A DNA stretch of 64,000 bases from a phage. Numbering within the stretch: position 1 is the first letter of the stretch; the number at the start of each line of letters is the position of its first letter. The position numbers and the translations under genes are program-made. Below are positions 18,369 through 28,538 of this stretch, one piece after another. The notes under the pieces are model-generated. The model was not told the origin of the DNA. It was given only the letters and a program-made list of their open reading frames with translations, and searched no databases. The stretch is from the sequence record PZ229304.1; one strand, written 5' to 3'.

Positions 18369-21244
18369 TGTCAAGAATTAAGCACAGAATTGACAATGTT
18401 TTTCAACTGATCGATGGACATATTCAGTTCTTAGATCGTAATACAGGTTTAACTGTAGATCCTACAGTGCAACACTATGTATTAAACCCACAAAACGTTC
18501 TAGCTAATAACAGACACTTTATAAACTGGACTGCTCAAGAAGGGCAACCAAACGGGGATGCTACAACAGAAGGTCAATCCGTGCTTATTCTTGGTTGCGC
18601 TTATGCATACCTGGCTTCCGGCGATACAAAGTATTTAGACTCTGCTAAAAAATATTGGCAAGCCTATATAGATTACTTCTTTGGTGGTCAACCTATCCCA
18701 GATCCGCCAGCAAAGTATCGCCCTAACTGGATTATTAACGGTAAAGAACCACGTCTTGCACATTATCCTCTTACAGATGATGGCTACCCTACACACGGAG
18801 GTTTTAAGGGTAGCTTAATGACGTGGACTAACGGTAGAACAGTTATTCCTCATGGTGCTCCACATTGGGGAGAATACCTTGACAAAGCATGGTTTGCTTT
18901 TAATGGTAATCTAGGATGGAACTCTGTAAACGCTACAGTATATGCTGTTAATGCAGATGGTACAACAGATTGGTCTAAGAAGGGAGATCAATGGGATGTT
19001 GATTGGATCATTGATCGTCTAGGACGTAAAGTTGATTGGGATGGAAATATCTTAGAAGAAGGTTTTCCAACATCTCAATACGGAACAGTTCAACTAAAAA
19101 ATACTTCTGTAAATGGTACATATAAATTTAACTACGCGACTTGTAACCCTGTTGAACACGGTGGTTATTTAATGGAGCGTAACACTATGTGGCATAACAG
19201 ACCAGTTAACGTTCCGGTAGAAATGGGCTTTCAGGATAATGCGTCAGATGCTGAAACTTGGTGGTGTGATGCTAATTACCTGATGTACCAAATTACAGGA
19301 GAAAGAAAATATTGGCTATGCTGGCAGTCTTCACTGTTAGTGTGTCAAGATTACTCAAACATTGATATGTTTGATAAATTCTTCCGTAAGTCTACATATG
19401 CAACTATCCCGTTTACAGATGGCATCTCTTACGATTATTCGTATCCGTCTACAGCAATACCTAAATATTCAAGAGATACTTTAGGTTATATTGTTATTAG
19501 ACAAGATGTTGCTGCTCAAACAACATTAGAACAGCAAGCCATTTGGTTTAAAGTTGATCAGAACTCTAAGTTACGAGTTCAGTTTCAAGGTGTAGATGAC
19601 GCAGGACATGGTATTCTTTTCCGTCCAGAGTTGGAACTAAGTAAGACCAAAGATGAAAATAACACAGTAACTTACCGCTGTGGTTTACCACTGGGTACAG
19701 CTAATATGACAAGCATGGATATTCCATTATCCAGCTTTATGAGAAGCACCCCTCCAAGTGGTGGAACATATATTATCGCAGATCCGCGAATTATTGTTGA
19801 CTGGGGTGACAATACTGTGGTACAATATAAGTATGTAACAGGTATTGCTGGAACTAATAATGACCAGATTGTTACTGCATCAATGGATACGGATGGTGGT
19901 GTTACTGTTGGTTTTTGGTTAACTCCTACATCAAAAGCTAATGTTAAGTCTATTACATATAGAACATATGAAGATGACTTTAACATGACTATCACGGATG
20001 CTCAAGGTTGGAGATGGTGGGCTATGCTGCCTAAAACGCAAGGGGCATGGAGTACGAAGACTTTATCAGCCTCTGCTTTTAAGTTAAGTGCTTACCAGCC
20101 TAATCATCCAGAAACAGATCCTAAACCTTCAGCAATAAACCTTACTGCTGTAGATCAGGTAAATTTAGTTCTTGATACGGCTCCTGTCAATGGTTTAACA
20201 GGAACAATAGATTTCTATTGTATTAACGATGTACCTGAAAGATATTCGTCATCTTCTGGTGATGATTATACCATGTACTTCCGTATTACTGTACAGGCTT
20301 CAAGTCCTCATACTGCTAAGTTAGGTGATTGTACTATTATTGACTATAAGTTAAATAGTCTTAATTACACACCAGGAATAATTCCATTCTCTAATATCAG
20401 TGACCCAAACACTGCATTATACGATGGATGGCGTGGTATTCCATACCCAGGATACCAGTATCCTTCCTTATACTGTTTCGCAGGTAGGGATATTGATTGG
20501 ACACGTTTAAACAACAGTATTGATTTCTTGTATGATGCTCAAATGTGGTTTTATAACACGTTTGATCCTGTGATGCCTGGGCCTATGGCACAAGCATATG
20601 TGTGGGATCGTTGGGATGCAAGAAAATACGGTGAACCTAATACGTTTACAATGAAACACTGGAATGAAAAAGCGTGGGATGGTTATGAAGCTCGTGCATT
20701 CTACTGCGCTTGTCATGCTGTATACGAACTTGTACAAAGAGGAGAAACACCTCCTGAAAAACTGGTAACAGTTTGTAAAAATTGGATCAACTATCTTAAA
20801 TGGTTCCAAGATAATAATGATGGAAGAACACCAACTATCTTTAATCCAGATGGTACAGTTCTTGCACCTATAGATGACTTTACTAGTCATATGTCTGCAC
20901 TGTTTATGGCGGGTTGTTCAATCATGGGCTTGGCAGGTTATGATTCACAAATTCCAAACATTGGTATTGTAGCAGACAGATGTTTTGATCTGATTCAGCA
21001 AAACTATATTGTGCTTTCCCCTAACCATCCGATGAATGGTTCCTGGAGTGTTGCACCACGCCCAGATTCAGATAACGGAATGTTCTTTGGTTTCCATGCT
21101 GGAGAACTATTACGTGGTTTTGGTTTATATGCCTTGTATCGTAAACTAAACCCTCAAAACGCTTTACCAATTTTGGATAATAGTAACATACCAACACTAA
21201 CTGTTCTAACTATGAATGATATTAGTGTTGATGTAACCAAATAA
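18368..21244 (+). CDS. large virion-associated protein, putative tail fibre / polysaccharide-degrading protein
   Basis: 958 aa, Trp/Tyr-rich; N-terminal region (ILGCAYAYLASGDTKYLDSAKKYWQAYIDYFFGG) resembles alpha/alpha-toroid glycoside hydrolase-like folds; location in tail fibre block. Confidence 0.35.
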   Translation: MSRIKHRIDNVFQLIDGHIQFLDRNTGLTVDPTVQHYVLNPQNVLANNRHFINWTAQEGQPNGDATTEGQSVLILGCAYAYLASGDTKYLDSAKKYWQAYIDYFFGGQPIPDPPAKYRPNWIINGKEPRLAHYPLTDDGYPTHGGFKGSLMTWTNGRTVIPHGAPHWGEYLDKAWFAFNGNLGWNSVNATVYAVNADGTTDWSKKGDQWDVDWIIDRLGRKVDWDGNILEEGFPTSQYGTVQLKNTSVNGTYKFNYATCNPVEHGGYLMERNTMWHNRPVNVPVEMGFQDNASDAETWWCDANYLMYQITGERKYWLCWQSSLLVCQDYSNIDMFDKFFRKSTYATIPFTDGISYDYSYPSTAIPKYSRDTLGYIVIRQDVAAQTTLEQQAIWFKVDQNSKLRVQFQGVDDAGHGILFRPELELSKTKDENNTVTYRCGLPLGTANMTSMDIPLSSFMRSTPPSGGTYIIADPRIIVDWGDNTVVQYKYVTGIAGTNNDQIVTASMDTDGGVTVGFWLTPTSKANVKSITYRTYEDDFNMTITDAQGWRWWAMLPKTQGAWSTKTLSASAFKLSAYQPNHPETDPKPSAINLTAVDQVNLVLDTAPVNGLTGTIDFYCINDVPERYSSSSGDDYTMYFRITVQASSPHTAKLGDCTIIDYKLNSLNYTPGIIPFSNISDPNTALYDGWRGIPYPGYQYPSLYCFAGRDIDWTRLNNSIDFLYDAQMWFYNTFDPVMPGPMAQAYVWDRWDARKYGEPNTFTMKHWNEKAWDGYEARAFYCACHAVYELVQRGETPPEKLVTVCKNWINYLKWFQDNNDGRTPTIFNPDGTVLAPIDDFTSHMSALFMAGCSIMGLAGYDSQIPNIGIVADRCFDLIQQNYIVLSPNHPMNGSWSVAPRPDSDNGMFFGFHAGELLRGFGLYALYRKLNPQNALPILDNSNIPTLTVLTMNDISVDVTK

Positions 21245-21252
21245 GGAAAATA

Positions 21253-23412
21253 ATGAAACAGGCTATTTTTACTGTAACTCGAAATACGAGAGTAAATGCC
21301 AGTTCATTCAGCTATAAGACCGTCGATGGAACGGCGGTCGCTGGTAGAGATTATGTAGCTAAACAGGGAACAGTAACGTTCCCTTCTGATGCAGATTCTG
21401 CTACTGTAGTGGTTGATGTATATGAACGTCCGGCAAACTCTTTAGATCTTTATTTTACTCTTGAGATTACTAGCATAAGTCAAAATAACACGATGATCAA
21501 CGAAGAAATTCGTTGTGTTATTACGACTGATCAATCGAATACAACCCCGCTAACTTGGCCTGTTGTGAAGTCTAGAATGTTTGATCCTAAGTTTTGGACA
21601 ATAGATTCTCAAGCAACAGAAAGTTGTTCTATTATCTCTAATGGTGATTCTTTCACAGCAAGAATGGTTAATAGGACAGTGGCTGGTCTTGCTGGGATTA
21701 TTTGGTCAACTTACGATAAATATGATCACAAAGGATTAGGCTACCAAGAACATTCTGACTTAAGTAAAGAGAAACTTTGGTTTAAAATGGAACTTAGTCA
21801 AGGTGTTCCTGGATTAAAAGAAGAAAAATTATTGCCATCCTTAACAGTGACACTGAAGGATGAAACAGTTCATTATGTATCTCTAAACTTTTATGCAGAA
21901 GAAGTTTCAGAGGACGGTAAAACAGCAATAATCAAATTAGATTTCTCAAATTTAAAATCTGGGCCAGAAAATGATATTGTTGTTGACACTACACAGATAG
22001 ATAACATGTTCTTCTCCTTGATCTCAACGAGGTATCAAGAAATTGAAGATATTATTCCTGTGGACAATGTGGATCTTTCCTTTAAGTTTACCATACTGGA
22101 GCCTGATACTGGTTACAGTATGATGAATATGGGTAATTTAAATGTTCCAGCACACACCATAAGAATGTGTACATCTTATGATGATATGTATAACCTTACC
22201 CCAGAGCGAGTTATTTCTAACACCTATAGATTAGGTTATAGGGATATGATTAACCACTATAATGGTATGTCACATTATTATCAATTTAGTTGGGACGCTG
22301 GCTCTAATAAATGGGCTTTGAACAGAACAGAATATTTAAACCCAGCAACAGAAGCCTGGTTTGATAACTTCCACGCTAATGCAAAAGCTATGGGCTACAC
22401 AGTAATGAACTCCTTAAGTTTTGAACTTATGAGTACAGTGTGTCCTGTAGAATGGGTACAACATACTTGGAATGATGATCTGGCTGCTACAGGTTATAAG
22501 CCACCAAGTTATGTTTTATCTCCTTCAATTGATGAAGGGATGAATTATTTACAAGGTGTAATAAATAAGATAGCTTCTATATCCGCTGCTAATGATCTTC
22601 CGGTTATTATTCAGGTTGGTGAACCGTGGTGGTGGTATAACACAGCTACCAATCTACCGTGTATTTATGATTATACAACCAAAATTGCATTTAATAATGA
22701 AACTGGATTATATGCACAAGATGTTGGTACAGTTAAAAATTATAAAACTGGTACACCATATGATGAATATTATGCATTCCTCTCTAAAACATTAGGACTG
22801 CGTGTTGCTAAATTTGCAACAGATACCAGATTAGCATACCCTGGAGCGAAAGTTACATTGTTACCATTTGTACCATCCATCTTAGGTAATGGTATGATGG
22901 AGTTTGTTAACTTCCCTAAAGATTATTATATTCCAGAAAACTTTGACTTTTATTGTTCAGAATGTTATGACTGGTTGTTGGAAGGCAAGATGGAAAGATC
23001 TTTCGACGCTATCACAATACCTAATGAGCAACTAGGTTTTAGTTACGATAAGATACATTATCTTGCAGGGTTTGTTCCAGATGCAACTCTAGCACCATTA
23101 TATGGCTTTGATCCTGAATCAAACTATAGAACATATTTGTGGAAAATGATTATAGGCAATATTGTATTGAATGACCAGAAGTTTGTTGGTTTATATCAAT
23201 ACATATGGGCTTACCCACAAATAATGCATGATTCAATAACTGTTCTTAATTCAAAATCCCAAGTGTTTTATATGGGTAATGTGCCTTTGAATTGCTACTT
23301 GCAAGATATCACTCTTAAACAGGTAAATGTTGAGATTGCCACTATAAGTGGAATTACATTAGCCACTAAATCTGGAGAAGATTTAGTAACAACACAAAAA
23401 TTTTATATATAG
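21253..23412 (+). CDS. tail-associated protein with N-terminal Calx-beta-like domain
   Basis: 719 aa; N-terminus FSYKTVDGTAVAGRDYVAKQGTVTFPSDADSATVVVDV matches the Calx-beta signature (DGTA.AG.DY...G.h.F). Confidence 0.4.
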   Translation: MKQAIFTVTRNTRVNASSFSYKTVDGTAVAGRDYVAKQGTVTFPSDADSATVVVDVYERPANSLDLYFTLEITSISQNNTMINEEIRCVITTDQSNTTPLTWPVVKSRMFDPKFWTIDSQATESCSIISNGDSFTARMVNRTVAGLAGIIWSTYDKYDHKGLGYQEHSDLSKEKLWFKMELSQGVPGLKEEKLLPSLTVTLKDETVHYVSLNFYAEEVSEDGKTAIIKLDFSNLKSGPENDIVVDTTQIDNMFFSLISTRYQEIEDIIPVDNVDLSFKFTILEPDTGYSMMNMGNLNVPAHTIRMCTSYDDMYNLTPERVISNTYRLGYRDMINHYNGMSHYYQFSWDAGSNKWALNRTEYLNPATEAWFDNFHANAKAMGYTVMNSLSFELMSTVCPVEWVQHTWNDDLAATGYKPPSYVLSPSIDEGMNYLQGVINKIASISAANDLPVIIQVGEPWWWYNTATNLPCIYDYTTKIAFNNETGLYAQDVGTVKNYKTGTPYDEYYAFLSKTLGLRVAKFATDTRLAYPGAKVTLLPFVPSILGNGMMEFVNFPKDYYIPENFDFYCSECYDWLLEGKMERSFDAITIPNEQLGFSYDKIHYLAGFVPDATLAPLYGFDPESNYRTYLWKMIIGNIVLNDQKFVGLYQYIWAYPQIMHDSITVLNSKSQVFYMGNVPLNCYLQDITLKQVNVEIATISGITLATKSGEDLVTTQKFYI

Positions 23413-23420
23413 GAGTAAAA

Positions 23421-25805
23421 ATGTCAACTACAATTACTAATTTACCCGAAACATCAAAAGTTAATGGCTCTGATTACCTGGTTTTAGACCAACCTGATAA
23501 GACTGTTAAAAGCACAGTTTCCAACTTTCTTACTGACACTGGGGTGGTTTTAGCCACCCAGTTGAAAGATACAGGTGGAGCAGATTTAATACAATCCTCA
23601 AATGGTAATACTGTTCAGGAAGAGTTGAATAACAATCTTCTTAATGATCGTGAACAGTGGCGTCGTAGTCTTGCTGAAGCGGGGTTAACACTTGTTGATG
23701 GTAGCTTTGAAGAAGGCGCTACATTAAATAGTAAGACCGATGCTGTTTGGCACATTGCTGGTGGACAGTGTTATACATGGGATGGTGCTTTCCCTAAAGC
23801 TGTTCCTGCTGGGTCAACCCCAGATAGCACGGGTGAGGTTAAATTAGGGGCGTGGGTTAGCGTTGGCGATGCTTCACTAAGAACAAATCTTTCCAGTAAT
23901 AATGGTTCTTCATTGATTGGTTATAAGGATGGCACTGTATCAGACGTTCTTAAATATATAGTGACTCCTGAAATGTATGGAGCAGATCCAACAGGGGCTT
24001 CTGATAGCCTGGCAGCATTTGTTGCTGCTGAGGAAGACGCATTCAACAACGGCGGTGAACTTAAGGCCGATGGTACCTATCTTTTCAGTTCTGGCTTCAC
24101 CTGTCGTGTGCCGTTTGATTTCAGTAAGGCTACATTCCATATTTCATCCTCATGGAATGGTGCTACAAGTCGGTTTTTAGTGCACCTTACCGACCCAGGT
24201 AACACAACCGAAACACGCACGGTAACTGTTGCGACTAATGGTGTGTCTATACCCGCGCTCAGTTCTTATACGAACCACTGCGTGCATATACAGTCTGCAA
24301 CAGAGGTAGGTTATGTGCGTAGTGGGACTAATACGTATAAGCAGGAGGTATACCATATCATTAATGGTGTGGTGCAAGGCTTCCCTTCTAATATTGACTT
24401 TAGTAGTTCGTGTACAGTTAAGGCCACCCCTCTGGATGTAAACCCTATAAAGGTTTATTTACCACGTGTTGTATTTGACGCCATCCCAGCTACGCCTGTT
24501 AACCACGTATTCCGTATCGAGCGTGCTTTTGTTGATGTTATTGGCGGTTCATATAACACCCATGACCAGTCAGTATCAGCAAATCGTCAGGCGTTTAATG
24601 CATTCGTGAACCTGATGAGCACCTGTTATCGCGTCCGGGTAATAGGAGTTCAGGGATACGGATTCTTTAAGAACGCATCAGATGGATTCAGCTACACAGT
24701 TAACCTTTCTGGCTTGTACCCGGCAGCCATTGATTGCTGTGACCCGGAGAACTGGGGTCTTGTTGACGGAACTTTGTTTAAAGGCGGGCTTATTCAGCGG
24801 TGCCACGGCGCCAGAATGGGGGCGCATGAGGACGTTACTGACCTGACAATTGATGATTGCACGGCGTATACCAGGGGGTTCATGATTGGCTCCGGATACG
24901 GAACACTAACCATGCGTAACCCGGTGTTTTACATGACAACCGCGCAGAATATGCTGGAGTTCAGATATGATTACGGCAACTGCTGGAAAGGAGATATCGT
25001 AATTGAAAGTCCTACAGTTCACCTTTGCCCGAATATCCCGGCTTACACGGCGCTTGTTAAGTTCCAGGTAGCATTGTCTACCGGTATCTATCTGAGCAGC
25101 AGGGTTGTTGCGTATACTTGTAATACATTAACAATTCGCGACCCTAAAATAGTGTCACAAACGAATCAGACTAATGCTTATCAGATGTGGAACGTAGCTT
25201 CCGAATTCTCTCAACCTGTGTCTATGCCGGATAAAGTTATCATTGAAAACGTCACTACAATGGCACCAACTGCTACATACGTTAAAGTTGGCACATCCGG
25301 GGAGTATTTAAGTAGCAACTCTTTAATGATAGCCAAGACTACAGAGGTTATTGTCCGCGGCATGATTATTCACGACCCAGCCAATAATCCTCAGATTGTT
25401 TCCCGTATCGCAGATGCAAATAAAACGGGAATGCGTAACTCTTACCGATGGAGATTCAGTGATGTACGAGGTTTGGCGATAAACACCAGCTTACCTTCAG
25501 GTAACAGCATTGATATTGAGAACTCCACTATATACAGGTTAGATAACTCTTCAATACCAAGTATGACTGACCTGTCAACCATAAAGATTGATAACAGCAG
25601 CTTTACAGATACGATTCAATGCCGCACAAATGGCGGGACGATTGAGCTTTATAATTGTAAGTTTACTGTAGTTGGTGCAGTTGGATTGGGCGGCATTAAG
25701 AAAAGCATTGGCACTACGCTTCTGGCGGGAAGCACCATTACCGGACAGATTTCATTAACAGCATCATCGCTAATGTCATATAAAGATTCCACTTTATATG
25801 CGTAA
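23421..25805 (+). CDS. tailspike protein with pectate-lyase-like beta-helix domain (putative depolymerase)
   Basis: 794 aa; TPEMYGADPTGASDSLAAFVAAEED motif typical of pectate-lyase-superfamily tailspikes; central part is compositionally distinct (GC-rich); N-terminal anchor motif shared with the 32890 protein. Confidence 0.55.
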   Translation: MSTTITNLPETSKVNGSDYLVLDQPDKTVKSTVSNFLTDTGVVLATQLKDTGGADLIQSSNGNTVQEELNNNLLNDREQWRRSLAEAGLTLVDGSFEEGATLNSKTDAVWHIAGGQCYTWDGAFPKAVPAGSTPDSTGEVKLGAWVSVGDASLRTNLSSNNGSSLIGYKDGTVSDVLKYIVTPEMYGADPTGASDSLAAFVAAEEDAFNNGGELKADGTYLFSSGFTCRVPFDFSKATFHISSSWNGATSRFLVHLTDPGNTTETRTVTVATNGVSIPALSSYTNHCVHIQSATEVGYVRSGTNTYKQEVYHIINGVVQGFPSNIDFSSSCTVKATPLDVNPIKVYLPRVVFDAIPATPVNHVFRIERAFVDVIGGSYNTHDQSVSANRQAFNAFVNLMSTCYRVRVIGVQGYGFFKNASDGFSYTVNLSGLYPAAIDCCDPENWGLVDGTLFKGGLIQRCHGARMGAHEDVTDLTIDDCTAYTRGFMIGSGYGTLTMRNPVFYMTTAQNMLEFRYDYGNCWKGDIVIESPTVHLCPNIPAYTALVKFQVALSTGIYLSSRVVAYTCNTLTIRDPKIVSQTNQTNAYQMWNVASEFSQPVSMPDKVIIENVTTMAPTATYVKVGTSGEYLSSNSLMIAKTTEVIVRGMIIHDPANNPQIVSRIADANKTGMRNSYRWRFSDVRGLAINTSLPSGNSIDIENSTIYRLDNSSIPSMTDLSTIKIDNSSFTDTIQCRTNGGTIELYNCKFTVVGAVGLGGIKKSIGTTLLAGSTITGQISLTASSLMSYKDSTLYA

Positions 25806-25812
25806 TTGATAA

Positions 25813-25828
25813 CCCCGCTTCGGCGGGG
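25813..25828 (+). terminator. hairpin after tailspike gene
   Basis: CCCCGC-TTCG-GCGGGG stem-loop; weak U-tract. Confidence 0.35.
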
Positions 25829-25858
25829 CATTTAAAACTACAACATGAGGACTAACCC

Positions 25859-26164
25859 ATGAATAAGATGTTCACACAGCCCACTGGCCCAGTGGCTAAA
25901 CAGGTTAATAAACAAGCCATTGCCCGTAAGTTTGGTGTTAAGCAGAACGAAGTAGTCTACTGCGCTGTAGGTGCTGTACTAAGTGGATATAAGGTTATCT
26001 ATGATAAGGAGACGCAAAGGGCGTATTCCTTACCTGCTGATATTGCCCCAGGTACTACTGCTTTTAGTCTTAGTGCTGCTGTACTTGTGCATTCAGCGGG
26101 TTCTGTAGACCTTGGGGAATTAGCTGTATATCGTGATTTAAAAAGTAATGAGAACGCACCATGA
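25859..26164 (+). CDS. hypothetical protein
   Basis: 101-aa ORF with RBS; no motif. Confidence 0.3.
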   Translation: MNKMFTQPTGPVAKQVNKQAIARKFGVKQNEVVYCAVGAVLSGYKVIYDKETQRAYSLPADIAPGTTAFSLSAAVLVHSAGSVDLGELAVYRDLKSNENAP

Positions 26165-26406
26165 GAAAATTTTTAATAGGTATGTTTTGTACATATCCTG
26201 ATAATAAAGTCAGTTCTACTAAAGTTTGGAATGCTATTGGTATGATTGTTATGTCCAGTATGTTTATTTATTTGGGAATTGATAAAGAAATTCCTGAATG
26301 GATGGGCTGGGCTTTTGTTTTTATGATCACACCATCCAGACTAATGAAGAATTTAATAGATTTACGTTGGGGCAGATCACCTGCCCCTGATAAGGAGGAT
26401 AACTAA
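26161..26406 (+). CDS. small membrane protein (hypothetical)
   Basis: 81 aa with hydrophobic segments; overlapping stop/start with neighbours. Confidence 0.3.
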   Translation: MRKFLIGMFCTYPDNKVSSTKVWNAIGMIVMSSMFIYLGIDKEIPEWMGWAFVFMITPSRLMKNLIDLRWGRSPAPDKEDN

Positions 26407-27893
26407 TGGCAGATTATGGTTTAACAGATGCTGGTTTTGTCATTCCAACGTTTGATGATATTTTAAATAATTATATGACAGCATTGAAAAACACTTTCGG
26501 TGCAGATACAGCTACATCTGAAGATACTGTCTTTGGTCAACTGTTTCGTATTATTGCATATACAGATTACACTCTTTGGGAAGGTATGCAAGGTGTTTAC
26601 AATACCCAAACCTTAGATGGTGCAGAAGGTATTTACCTTGATGAAATTTTCTCTAAAAGAGGTTTTTATCGTAAGGCAGCTTCTGCTGGTAGTGGTTATG
26701 CTTATGTTAAATCTAACAATAAGGCAGCTTGGACTTATGAACTAAGCACCGATGTTTATTTTAATGCCGATAATGATTTGACATATTACGTCAGTGCACC
26801 AACAATGTTGAATGCTAAGATTGGAGCATATACCATTTCTAAAGCAAACGCAACAGCTTCTGGTGAAACTTCTATTACTTTCTACATTCAAAGTGCTATT
26901 GATGGTGGTCTTAACAGTAAAACACTAAGTCCTAGCAATACAAACTTTATTTTAGATCTCACGAATTTCATTAAAGCTAACGTATCAACAACAGATCGTG
27001 CTTTAGTATGGAATGATGCTAGTAATGTTTACATGGGTTATAATCCAGAAGATAATGTTAACCCAATAGGTCTAGTAACACCAGTGAAATTTTATGCATC
27101 TATTGCAATTGGTACAAAATGGAGTGAAATTCCAGTTACGTGTTCAGACGTTGGTTATAATCCAGTAGGTACAGAAAGTATCACAGGTATTTCTTCAACG
27201 TTTACAGGCTTTTTAGATACAGGTAACTTCTATCCATTCTCTCCAGGTACAGATGTTGAAACAGATGCAGAATTCCGTTCTCGTTTCAATGATAATATGG
27301 ATGAAGCTAATGCTGCTACTCGTGCTGCTATTGTTAAAGCTCTGCTACTGACAGATGGTGTGACAAAGGTTAAGATTTATGATAACCCTACACTACATGA
27401 TCAGGAACATGCTCCAGCTATGACATTCCAGACTATTGTGTATGGCGGTACAGCAGAAGAAGTTGCACAGGTTATTTATAATACTAAGCCTATTAACACC
27501 TTAACCTATGGTACAACAGCAATTACTATCGTAACAGAAGATGGCGGTCAAGAAGTAATTCGTTTTTCTCCTGGTGACAATGCTGAATATTCACTTAAAC
27601 TAGTATATCAAACTGGCAATGGTAGTGTGTTAAGTACAACAGAAAGAGAAAATATTGTTTCTGCTCTTTCAAATCTACAGGCTTATTTTGAGTTAGGGTC
27701 AACAGTAACTAACGATCAGATAAAAGGTGTAATTTATTCTGCACTTGCGTTCGGACGCTTGACTTCTCTCCGTGTTTATGTTAAACTTAATACTGAGGAT
27801 GACAGTAAATATAATGAGGGAGATATCACTCCAGCGTACAATGTTGTACCATCCTTTGACCTTGATAATATTTCCTACGAGTACGGAGTCTAA
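26406..27893 (+). CDS. baseplate protein (J / gp6-like, putative)
   Basis: 495 aa; position upstream of a gpI-like gene and tail fibre genes. Confidence 0.4.
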   Translation: MADYGLTDAGFVIPTFDDILNNYMTALKNTFGADTATSEDTVFGQLFRIIAYTDYTLWEGMQGVYNTQTLDGAEGIYLDEIFSKRGFYRKAASAGSGYAYVKSNNKAAWTYELSTDVYFNADNDLTYYVSAPTMLNAKIGAYTISKANATASGETSITFYIQSAIDGGLNSKTLSPSNTNFILDLTNFIKANVSTTDRALVWNDASNVYMGYNPEDNVNPIGLVTPVKFYASIAIGTKWSEIPVTCSDVGYNPVGTESITGISSTFTGFLDTGNFYPFSPGTDVETDAEFRSRFNDNMDEANAATRAAIVKALLLTDGVTKVKIYDNPTLHDQEHAPAMTFQTIVYGGTAEEVAQVIYNTKPINTLTYGTTAITIVTEDGGQEVIRFSPGDNAEYSLKLVYQTGNGSVLSTTERENIVSALSNLQAYFELGSTVTNDQIKGVIYSALAFGRLTSLRVYVKLNTEDDSKYNEGDITPAYNVVPSFDLDNISYEYGV

Positions 27894-27895
27894 AA

Positions 27896-28525
27896 ATGGC
27901 AGTGAGTGTTGACCATGTGACAACGTGGGATAGTATCAATGAAGATGTTAAAGACCTACTGATTGAAGATTTTAAATCTTCTCCGAACATTGTCAAACTA
28001 CTCTATATCATTTCTAGCGAAAAACAAAAGATAGATCAGGCAATGATCTATCTTGCCAAACACCGCTTAATCTCTACTGCAATTGGTAAGTATTTAGATC
28101 TTATTGGTGAAGAGATGGGGATGGAAAGAAATGGTGCTACAGATGAAGAGTATCGCACAATATTAAAAATCAGGGCTTATCGTGTTGCGTCTTCTGGTAC
28201 GCGAGATGATATCATTGATATGTTCGCTCGTTTTACAGGAACAGAAAAAGAAACGATCAATACATACGTTGGATTAAATAAAACATTCGACGTATTCTTT
28301 TATAATTTGTGTCTACAATCCGATCAGGCAGTAGCACAGTTACTTAACGTTTTCCCGATCCTAAGTAGTTATCGCTTAGGTGCGAAAGCGGGTTCAGCCT
28401 TTGGTTTCACTTCCTATTATGCCACAAATCCACCTCATGGTATAGGTGGTTTAGGTTCTCTTTACACAGAGGCTGAAGGAGATGATACAGGGCGAATGAC
28501 TATGCTGATAGCTCAAATAGAATAA
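27896..28525 (+). CDS. baseplate / tail protein (gpI-like, putative)
   Basis: 209 aa; position between J-like and tail fibre genes. Confidence 0.35.
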   Translation: MAVSVDHVTTWDSINEDVKDLLIEDFKSSPNIVKLLYIISSEKQKIDQAMIYLAKHRLISTAIGKYLDLIGEEMGMERNGATDEEYRTILKIRAYRVASSGTRDDIIDMFARFTGTEKETINTYVGLNKTFDVFFYNLCLQSDQAVAQLLNVFPILSSYRLGAKAGSAFGFTSYYATNPPHGIGGLGSLYTEAEGDDTGRMTMLIAQIE

Positions 28526-28538
28526 GGAGTTACTCTTA

